A stretch of DNA of 64,000 nucleotides, from NCBI RefSeq assembly GCF_009914755.1, contig NC_060939.1; one strand, given 5' to 3'. The position numbers were made by a program, and so were the translations under genes. A model generated the notes under the pieces. That model had not been told where the DNA came from. It saw only the letters and a list, made by a program, of their open reading frames with translations, and did not search any database. This DNA is from the human T2T-CHM13v2.0 reference genome, Homo sapiens. This document shows positions 1 through 10,900 of the stretch, piece after piece (position 1 is the stretch's first letter; every line of letters begins with the position of its first letter).

Positions 1-483
1 GTTTCTCAGAATGCTTCTCTGCAGCTTTTTTGTGAGTATGTTTCGTTTTCCACCATAGGGCGAAATGGGGCTCCAAATATCCACTTGCATTTCCTACAAA
101 AAGAGAGATTCTAAGCTGCTCAATCAAAACATTGTTTCAACACGGTTAGTTGAATGCACACATCCCAAAGATGTTTTTCAGAGTGCTTCTGTGTGGTTTT
201 TATGTGAAGATACTTCCTTTTCCACAATAGGCCTCAAATCTCTGTAAATATCCACTTGCAGACTCTACAAAGAGTGTTTCCAAACTGCTCAATCATAAGA
301 TAGGTTCAACTCCGATAGTTGAATGCACACATCACAAAGAAGTTTCTCAGAAAGCTTCTGTGTAGTTTTTGATGAAGATATCTTCTTCTCTAAAACAGAA
401 CTCCAAGCCCTCCAAATATTCACTTCAAGATTCTACGGAAAGATTGTCTCAAACTGCTAAATCAAAACAAAGGTTCAACTCTG

Positions 484-505
484 TGTGATGAATGCATTCA
501 TCACA
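484..505. repeat. Perfect 22-bp palindrome TGTGATGAATGCATTCATCACA (also at 3898, 7312, 14141, 31214, 44873, 48290, 51707, 55124, 58541, 61958)
   Basis: The sequence equals its own reverse complement. It is present in units 1, 2, 3, 5, 10 and 14-19. Confidence 0.95.
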
Positions 506-1918
506 AAGAAGTTTCTCTGAGTGCTTCTGTGCAGTTTTTATTTGAAGATAATTGCTTTTCCAGTATAGGGCGAAATAGGGCTCCAAATATTCACTTGCAG
601 ATTCTACAGAAAGAGAGATTCCAAACTGCTCAATCAAAACATAGGTTCAACACTGTGAGTTGAATGCATACATCGCAAAGAAGTTTCACAGAGTACTTCT
701 GGGTGGTTTTTATTTGAAGATATTTCCCTTTCCACAATAGGCCTCAAAGCTTTCCAAATGTCCACTTGCAGATTCCACCAAAAGAGTGTTTCGAAACTGC
801 TCAATCAAAAGAAAGGTTCTACTCTGTGGGATGAATGCACACATCACAAAGTAGTTTCTCAGAATGCTTCTGTGTAGTTTTTATGTGAAGATATTTGTTT
901 TTCCACAGTAGGCCCCAAAAAGCTCCAAATATTCACTTGCAGATTCTACAAAAAGAGTGTTCCAAAACTGCTCAATCATGAAATAGGATCAACCCTGTGA
1001 GATGAATGTACGTATGACAGAGAAGTTTCTCAGAATGCTTCTGTGTAGTTTTTATGCGAAGATATTCGATTTTCCACAGTACGCCTCAAAGTTCTCCAAT
1101 TATCCACTCGTAGATTCTGCAAAAAGAGAGATTCAATACTGCTCAATCAAAAGATAGTTTCTACTCCATTAGCTGAAAGACCACATCACAAAAAAAGTTT
1201 CTCAGGATGCTTCTGTGTAGTTTTTATGTGAAGATATTTGGTTTTCCACAGTAGGCCTCAAAGCGCTCCAAATATCCACTCACAGATTCTGCAAAAAGAG
1301 AGATTCAAAACTGCTGAATCAAAAGACAGTTTCAACTCTGTGACTTCAGTGCACACCTCACAAGGATGTTTCTCAGAATGCTTCTGTGTAGTTTTTATAT
1401 AAAGATATCTCCTTCTCCAAAATGGATCTCAAAGTTCTCCAAATATTCACTTCCAGATTCTATGGAAAGATTGTCTCAAAACTGCTCAATCAAACCAAAG
1501 GTTCAACTCTGTGAGATGAATGCCCACATCACAAAGAAGTTTCTCAGAGTACTTCTGTGTAGTTTCTATTTGAGGATAGTTCCTTTTCCACCACAGACCA
1601 GAAAGGGCTCCAAATATCCATTGCAGATGGTACAAAAAGTGAGATTCAAAACTGCTCAATCCAAAGGTAGTTTCAACCATGTGATGTGAATGCACACAGC
1701 ACAGAGAATTTTCTCAAAATGCGTCTGTCTAGTTTTTATTTGAAGATATTTCCTTTTCTACCATAGGCCACAAACGTCTCCAAATATCCACATGCAGCTT
1801 CTACAAAAAGAGAGATTCAAAACTTCTCAATCAAAAGATAGGTTCAACACTGTGAGTTGAAAGCACACCTCACAAAGAAGTTTCTCAGAGTGCTTCTGTG
1901 TGTTTTTATGTGAAGATA

Positions 1919-1936
1919 TTTCCTTTTCCACAATAG
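1919..1936 (+). other. A-type (pJalpha-like) box at the position where B-type monomers carry a CENP-B box; representative instance
   Basis: TTTCCTTTTCCACAATAG follows GAAGATA. The homologous site in the other monomers is of the same type. No CCCGNNTNNNNCGAA or TTCGNNNNANNCGGG core was seen by eye. Confidence 0.75.
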
Positions 1937-4900
1937 GCCTCAAAGCTCTCCAAATATCTCCGAGCAGAGTCTACAAAATGAGAGATTCAAAACTGCTCAA
2001 TGAAAAGATAGGTTCAACTCTGTGAGTTGAATGCACACCTCCAAAGAAGTTTCTCAGAATGCTTCCGTGTAGTTTTTATGTGAAGATATTTACTTTTCCA
2101 CAGTTGTCCCAAAGCTCTAAAATATCCACTTGCAGACCCTCCAAAAGAGTGTTTCAGAATTGCTCAATCAAAGGGAAGGTTCAATTCTGTGTGACCAATG
2201 CACTCATCACAAAGAAGTTTGTCTGAATGCTTCTGTGTAGAATTGATTTGAAGATAATTCCTTTTCCACCACAGTCCGCAAAGGGCTAAAAATATCCACT
2301 TGCCGATTCCACAAAAAGAGAGATTCAAAACTGCTCAATCACAAGATAGGTTCAACTTGGTAATTGGAAAGCACACATGACAAACAATTTCTGAGAATGT
2401 TTCTGTGTAGTTTTTAAGGGAAGATATTTGATTTTCAAATGTAGGCCTCAAATCGCTCCAAATATCCACTTGCATATTGTACAAAAAGAGAGATTCAAAA
2501 CTGGTCACTCAAAAGTTAGGTCCAGCTCTGTGAGCTGAATGCACACATCACAAAGATGTTTCTCAGAAGGTTTCTGTATAGTTTTTATATGAAGATATTT
2601 GCTTTTCCACAATATGCCTCAAATCTCCCCAATTATCCACTTGCAGATTCTAGAAAAAGAGTGTTTCAAAACAGCTCAATCAAAATAAACTTTCAACTCT
2701 GTGAGATCAATGCACACATCACAAAGAAGTTTCTCAGAATGCTTCTGTGTAGTTTTTTTTGTGAAGATATTTGATTTTCCACAGCAGGCTTCCAAGCACT
2801 CCAAATATCCACTCGCAGATTCTGCAAAAAGAGAGATTCAAATCTGCTGAATCAAAAGATAGGTTTAACTCTGTGACTTCAATGCACACCTCACAAGGGT
2901 GTTTCTCAGAAAGCTTCTGTGTAGTTTTTATATGAAGATATCTCCTTCTCCAAAGCAGGTCTCAAAGCCCTCCAAATATTCACTTCAAGATTCTACGGAA
3001 AGATTGTCTCAACACTGCTAAATCTAAACAAATGTTCAACTCTGTGTGATGAATGCACTCATCACAGAGAAGTTTCTCTGAATGCCTCTGTGTAGTTTTT
3101 ATTTGAAGATATTTGCTTTTCCAGTATAGGGCGAAATAGGGCTCCAAATATTCACTTGCAGATTCTACAAAAGGAGAGATTCCAAACTGCTCAATCAAAA
3201 CATAGGTTCAACACTGTGAGTTGAATGCACACATCACAAAGAAGTTTCACAGAGTGCTTCTGGGTAGTTTTTATTTGAGGATATTTCCCTTTCCACAATA
3301 GGCCTCAAAGCTTTCCAAATATCCACTTGCAGATTCTGCAAAAAGAGAGATACAAAACTGCTCTATCAAAAGATAGATTCGACTCTGTGAGTTGAATGCC
3401 AACATCGCAAAGAAGTTTCTCAGAATGCTTCTCTGCAGCTTTTTTGTGAGTATGTTTCGTTTTCCACCATAGGGCGAAATGGGGCTCCAAATATCCACTT
3501 GCATTTCCTACAAAAAGAGAGATTCTAAGCTGCTCAATCAAAACATTGTTTCAACACGGTTAGTTGAATGCACACATCCCAAAGATGTTTTTCAGAGTGC
3601 TTCTGTGTGGTTTTTATGTGAAGATACTTCCTTTTCCACAATAGGCCTCAAATCTCTGTAAATATCCACTTGCAGACTCTACAAAGAGTGTTTCCAAACT
3701 GCTCAATCATAAGATAGGTTCAACTCCGATAGTTGAATGCACACATCACAAAGAAGTTTCTCAGAAAGCTTCTGTGTAGTTTTTGATGAAGATATCTTCT
3801 TCTCTAAAACAGAACTCCAAGCCCTCCAAATATTCACTTCAAGATTCTACGGAAAGATTGTCTCAAACTGCTAAATCAAAACAAAGGTTCAACTCTGTGT
3901 GATGAATGCATTCATCACAAAGAAGTTTCTCTGAGTGCTTCTGTGCAGTTTTTATTTGAAGATAATTGCTTTTCCAGTATAGGGCGAAATAGGGCTCCAA
4001 ATATTCACTTGCAGATTCTACAGAAAGAGAGATTCCAAACTGCTCAATCAAAACATAGGTTCAACACTGTGAGTTGAATGCATACATCGCAAAGAAGTTT
4101 CACAGAGTACTTCTGGGTGGTTTTTATTTGAAGATATTTCCCTTTCCACAATAGGCCTCAAAGCTTTCCAAATGTCCACTTGCAGATTCCACCAAAAGAG
4201 TGTTTCGAAACTGCTCAATCAAAAGAAAGGTTCTACTCTGTGGGATGAATGCACACATCACAAAGTAGTTTCTCAGAATGCTTCTGTGTAGTTTTTATGT
4301 GAAGATATTTGTTTTTCCACAGTAGGCCCCAAAAAGCTCCAAATATTCACTTGCAGATTCTACAAAAAGAGTGTTCCAAAACTGCTCAATCATGAAATAG
4401 GATCAACCCTGTGAGATGAATGTACGTATGACAGAGAAGTTTCTCAGAATGCTTCTGTGTAGTTTTTATGCGAAGATATTCGATTTTCCACAGTACGCCT
4501 CAAAGTTCTCCAATTATCCACTCGTAGATTCTGCAAAAAGAGAGATTCAAAACTGCTCAATCAAAAGATAGTTTCTACTCCATTAGCTGAAAGACCACAT
4601 CACAAAAAAAGTTTCTCAGGATGCTTCTGTGTAGTTTTTATGTGAAGATATTTGGTTTTCCACAGTAGGCCTCAAAGCGCTCCAAATATCCACTCACAGA
4701 TTCTGCAAAAAGAGAGATTCAAAACTGCTGAATCAAAAGACAGTTTCAACTCTGTGACTTCAGTGCACACCTCACAAGGATGTTTCTCAGAATGCTTCTG
4801 TGTAGTTTTTATATAAAGATATCTCCTTCTCCAAAATGGATCTCAAAGTTCTCCAAATATTCACTTCCAGATTCTATGGAAAGATTGTCTCAAAACTGCT

Positions 4901-7900
4901 CAATCAAACCAAAGGTTCAACTCTGTGAGATGAATGCCCACATCACAAAGAAGTTTCTCAGAGTACTTCTGTGTAGTTTCTATTTGAGGATAGTTCCTTT
5001 TCCACCACAGACCAGAAAGGGCTCCAAATATCCATTGCAGATGGTACAAAAAGTGAGATTCAAAACTGCTCAATCCAAAGGTAGTTTCAACCATGTGATG
5101 TGAATGCACACAGCACAGAGAATTTTCTCAAAATGCGTCTGTCTAGTTTTTATTTGAAGATATTTCCTTTTCTACCATAGGCCACAAACGTCTCCAAATA
5201 TCCACATGCAGCTTCTACAAAAAGAGAGATTCAAAACTTCTCAATCAAAAGATAGGTTCAACTCTGTGAGTTGAAAGCACACCTCACAAAGAAGTTTCTC
5301 AGAGTGCTTCTGTGTGTTTTTATGTGAAGATATTTCCTTTTCCACAATAGGCCTCAAAGCTCTCCAAATATCTGCGAGCAGAGTCTACAAAATGAGAGAT
5401 TCAAAACTGCTCAATGAAAAGATAGGTTCAACTCTGTGAGTTGAATGCACACCTCCAAAGAAGTTTCTCAGAATGCTTCCGTGTAGTTTTTATGTGAAGA
5501 TATTTACTTTTCCACAGTTGTCCCAAAGCTCTAAAATGTCCACTTGCAGACCCTCCAAAAGAGTGTTTCAGAATTGCTCAATCAAAGGGAAGGTTCAATT
5601 CTGTGTGACCAATGCACTCATCACAAAGAAGTTTGTCTGAATGCTTCTGTGTAGAATTGATTTGAAGATAATTCCTTTTCCACCACAGTCCGCAAAGGGC
5701 TAAAAATATCCACTTGCCGATTCCACAAAAAGAGAGATTCAAAACTGCTCAATCACAAGATAGGTTCAACTTGGTAATTGGAAAGCACACATGACAAACA
5801 ATTTCTGAGAATGTTTCTGTGTAGTTTTTAAGGGAAGATATTTGATTTTCAAATGTAGGCCTCAAATCGCTCCAAATATCCACTTGCATATTGTACAAAA
5901 AGAGAGATTCAAAACTGGTCCCTCAAAAGATAGGTCCAGCTCTGTGAGCTGAATGCACACATCACAAAGATGTTTCTCAGAAGGTTTCTGTATAGTTTTT
6001 ATATGAAGATATTGGCTTTTCCACAATATGCCTCAAATCTCCCCAATTATCCACTTGCAGATTCTAGAAAAAGAGTGTTTCAAAACAGCTCAATCAAAAT
6101 AAACTTTCAACTCTGTGAGATCAATGCACACATCACAAAGAAGTTTCTCAGAATGCTTCTGTGTAGTTTTTTTTGTGAAGATATTTGATTTTCCACAGCA
6201 GGCTTCCAAGCACTCCAAATATCCACTCGCAGATTCTGCAAAAAGAGAGATTCAAATCTGCTGAATCAAAAGATAGGTTTAACTCTGTGACTTCAATGCA
6301 CACCTCACAAGGGTGTTTCTCAGAAAGCTTCTGTGTAGTTTTTATATGAAGATATCTCCTTCTCCAAAGCAGGTCTCAAAGCCCTCCAAATATTCACTTC
6401 AAGATTCTACGGAAAGATTGTCTCAACACTGCTAAATCTAAACAAATGTTCAACTCTGTGTGATGAATGCACTCATCACAGAGAAGTTTCTCTGAATGCC
6501 TCTGTGTAGTTTTTATTTGAAGATATTTGCTTTTCCAGTATAGGGCGAAATAGGGCTCCAAATATTCACTTGCAGATTCTACAAAAGGAGAGATTCCAAA
6601 CTGCTCAATCAAAACATAGGTTCAACACTGTGAGTTGAATGCACACATCACAAAGAAGTTTCACAGAGTGCTTCTGGGTAGTTTTTCTTTGAGGATATTT
6701 CCCTTTCCACAATAGGCCTCAAAGCTTTCCAAATATCCACTTGCAGATTCTGCAAAAAGAGAGATACAAAACTGCTCTATCAAAAGATAGATTCGACTCT
6801 GTGAGTTGAATGCCAACATCGCAAAGAAGTTTCTCAGAATGCTTCTCTGCAGCTTTTTTGTGAGTATGTTTCGTTTTCCACCATAGGGCGAAATGGGGCT
6901 CCAAATATCCACTTGCATTTCCTACAAAAAGAGAGATTCTAAGCTGCTCAATCAAAACATTGTTTCAACACGGTTAGTTGAATGCACACATCCCAAAGAT
7001 GTTTTTCAGAGTGCTTCTGTGTGGTTTTTATGTGAAGATACTTCCTTTTCCACAATAGGCCTCAAATCTCTGTAAATATCCACTTGCAGACTCTACAAAG
7101 AGTGTTTCCAAACTGCTCAATCATAAGATAGGTTCAACTCCGATAGTTGAATGCACACATCACAAAGAAGTTTCTCAGAAAGCTTCTGTGTAGTTTTTGA
7201 TGAAGATATCTTCTTCTCTAAAACAGAACTCCAAGCCCTCCAAATATTCACTTCAAGATTCTACGGAAAGATTGTCTCAAACTGCTAAATCAAAACAAAG
7301 GTTCAACTCTGTGTGATGAATGCATTCATCACAAAGAAGTTTCTCTGAGTGCTTCTGTGCAGTTTTTATTTGAAGATAATTGCTTTTCCAGTATAGGGCG
7401 AAATAGGGCTCCAAATATTCACTTGCAGATTCTACAGAAAGAGAGATTCCAAACTGCTCAATCAAAACATAGGTTCAACACTGTGAGTTGAATGCATACA
7501 TCGCAAAGAAGTTTCACAGAGTACTTCTGGGTGGTTTTTATTTGAAGATATTTCCCTTTCCACAATAGGCCTCAAAGCTTTCCAAATGTCCACTTGCAGA
7601 TTCCACCAAAAGAGTGTTTCGAAACTGCTCAATCAAAAGAAAGGTTCTACTCTGTGGGATGAATGCACACATCACAAAGTAGTTTCTCAGAATGCTTCTG
7701 TGTAGTTTTTATGTGAAGATATTTGTTTTTCCACAGTAGGCCCCAAAAAGCTCCAAATATTCACTTGCAGATTCTACAAAAAGAGTGTTCCAAAACTGCT
7801 CAATCATGAAATAGGATCAACCCTGTGAGATGAATGTACGTATGACAGAGAAGTTTCTCAGAATGCTTCTGTGTAGTTTTTATGCGAAGATATTCGATTT

Positions 7901-10900
7901 TCCACAGTACGCCTCAAAGTTCTCCAATTATCCACTCGTAGATTCTGCAAAAAGAGAGATTCAAAACTGCTCAATCAAAAGATAGTTTCTACTCCATTAG
8001 CTGAAAGACCACATCACAAAAAAAGTTTCTCAGGATGCTTCTGTGTAGTTTTTATGTGAAGATATTTGGTTTTCCACAGTAGGCCTCAAAGCGCTCCAAA
8101 TATCCACTCACAGATTCTGCAAAAAGAGAGATTCAAAACTGCTGAATCAAAAGACAGTTTCAACTCTGTGACTTCAGTGCACACCTCACAAGGATGTTTC
8201 TCAGAATGCTTCTGTGTAGTTTTTATATAAAGATATCTCCTTCTCCAAAATGGATCTCAAAGTTCTCCAAATATTCACTTCCAGATTCTATGGAAAGATT
8301 GTCTCAAAACTGCTCAATCAAACCAAAGGTTCAACTCTGTGAGATGAATGCCCACATCACAAAGAAGTTTCTCAGAGTACTTCTGTGTAGTTTCTATTTG
8401 AGGATAGTTCCTTTTCCACCACAGACCAGAAAGGGCTCCAAATATCCATTGCAGATGGTACAAAAAGTGAGATTCAAAACTGCTCAATCCAAAGGTAGTT
8501 TCAACCATGTGATGTGAATGCACACAGCACAGAGAATTTTCTCAAAATGCGTCTGTCTAGTTTTTATTTGAAGATATTTCCTTTTCTACCATAGGCCACA
8601 AACGTCTCCAAATATCCACATGCAGCTTCTACAAAAAGAGAGATTCAAAACTTCTCAATCAAAAGATAGGTTCAACTCTGTGAGTTGAAAGCACACCTCA
8701 CAAAGAAGTTTCTCAGAGTGCTTCTGTGTGTTTTTATGTGAAGATATTTCCTTTTCCACAATAGGCCTCAAAGCTCTCCAAATATCTGCGAGCAGAGTCT
8801 ACAAAATGAGAGATTCAAAACTGCTCAATGAAAAGATAGGTTCAACTCTGTGAGTTGAATGCACACCTCCAAAGAAGTTTCTCAGAATGCTTCCGTGTAG
8901 TTTTTATGTGAAGATATTTACTTTTCCACAGTTGTCCCAAAGCTCTAAAATGTCCACTTGCAGACCCTCCAAAAGAGTGTTTCAGAATTGCTCAATCAAA
9001 GGGAAGGTTCAATTCTGTGTGACCAATGCACTCATCACAAAGAAGTTTGTCTGAATGCTTCTGTGTAGAATTGATTTGAAGATAATTCCTTTTCCACCAC
9101 AGTCCGCAAAGGGCTAAAAATATCCACTTGCCGATTCCACAAAAAGAGAGATTCAAAACTGCTCAATCACAAGATAGGTTCAACTTGGTAATTGGAAAGC
9201 ACACATGACAAACAATTTCTGAGAATGTTTCTGTGTAGTTTTTAAGGGAAGATATTTGATTTTCAAATGTAGGCCTCAAATCGCTCCAAATATCCACTTG
9301 CATATTGTACAAAAAGAGAGATTCAAAACTGGTCCCTCAAAAGATAGGTCCAGCTCTGTGAGCTGAATGCACACATCACAAAGATGTTTCTCAGAAGGTT
9401 TCTGTATAGTTTTTATATGAAGATATTGGCTTTTCCACAATATGCCTCAAATCTCCCCAATTATCCACTTGCAGATTCTAGAAAAAGAGTGTTTCAAAAC
9501 AGCTCAATCAAAATAAACTTTCAACTCTGTGAGATCAATGCACACATCACAAAGAAGTTTCTCAGAATGCTTCTGTGTAGTTTTTTTTGTGAAGATATTT
9601 GATTTTCCACAGCAGGCTTCCAAGCACTCCAAATATCCACTCGCAGATTCTGCAAAAAGAGAGATTCAAATCTGCTGAATCAAAAGATAGGTTTAACTCT
9701 GTGACTTCAATGCACACCTCACAAGGGTGTTTCTCAGAAAGCTTCTGTGTAGTTTTTATATGAAGATATCTCCTTCTCCAAAGCAGGTCTCAAAGCCCTC
9801 CAAATATTCACTTCAAGATTCTACGGAAAGATTGTCTCAACACTGCTAAATCTAAACAAATGTTCAACTCTGTGTGATGAATGCACTCATCACAGAGAAG
9901 TTTCTCTGAATGCCTCTGTGTAGTTTTTATTTGAAGATATTTGCTTTTCCAGTATAGGGCGAAATAGGGCTCCAAATATTCACTTGCAGATTCTACAAAA
10001 GGAGAGATTCCAAACTGCTCAATCAAAACATAGGTTCAACACTGTGAGTTGAATGCACACATCACAAAGAAGTTTCACAGAGTGCTTCTGGGTAGTTTTT
10101 ATTTGAGGATATTTCCCTTTCCACAATAGGCCTCAAAGCTTTCCAAATATCCACTTGCAGATTCTGCAAAAAGAGAGATACAAAACTGCTCTATCAAAAG
10201 ATAGATTCGACTCTGTGAGTTGAATGCCAACATCGCAAAGAAGTTTCTCAGAATGCTTCTCTGCAGCTTTTTTGTGAGTATGTTTCGTTTTCCACCATAG
10301 GGCGAAATGGGGCTCCAAATATCCACTTGCATTTCCTACAAAAAGAGAGATTCTAAGCTGCTCAATCAAAACATTGTTTCAACACGGTTAGTTGAATGCA
10401 CACATCCCAAAGATGTTTTTCAGAGTGCTTCTGTGTGGTTTTTATGTGAAGATACTTCCTTTTCCACAATAGGCCTCAAATCTCTGTAAATATCCACTTG
10501 CAGACTCTACAAAGAGTGTTTCCAAACTGCTCAATCATAAGATAGGTTCAACTCCGATAGTTGAATGCACACATCACAAAGAAGTTTCTCAGAAAGCTTC
10601 TGTGTAGTTTTTGATGAAGATATCTTCTTCTCTAAAACAGAACTCCAAGCCCTCCAAATATTCACTTCAAGATTCTACGGAAAGATTGTCTCAAAACTCC
10701 TAAATCAAAACAAAGTTTCAACTCTGTGTCATGAATGCATTCATCTCAAAGAAGTTTCTCTGAATGCTTCTGTGCAGTTTTTATTTGAAGATAATTGCTT
10801 TTCCAGTATAGGGCGAAATAGGGCTCCAAATATTCACTTGCAGATTCTACAGAAAGAGAGATTCCAAACTGCTCAATCAAAACATAGGTTCAACACTGTG

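Larger units (their letters stand above)
1..3414 (-). repeat. Representative 20-mer HOR unit (phase arbitrary, set to window start)
   Basis: The sequence at 1 (GTTTCTCAGAATGCTTCTCTGCAGC) recurs at 3415. Approximate monomer starts: 1, 172, 342, 511, 683, 854, 1025, 1197, 1368, 1540, 1709, 1880, 2049, 2217, 2387, 2557, 2729, 2900, 3072, 3244. An XbaI site (TCTAGA, 2649) appears to occur once per unit. Confidence 0.93.

Noticed and set aside
40-65. TTTCGTTTTCCACCATAGGGCGAAA resembling a CENP-B box or hairpin
   Set aside because: It has TTCG but lacks the required A and CGGG spacing of NTTCGNNNNANNCGGGN. The Watson-Crick stem is only 5 bp (TTTCG/CGAAA).
1187-1200. Short A/T tracts (A7 at ~1190, T8 at ~2753)
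   Set aside because: They are invariant among units and typical of alphoid monomers; they are not retroposon poly(A) tails or terminators.
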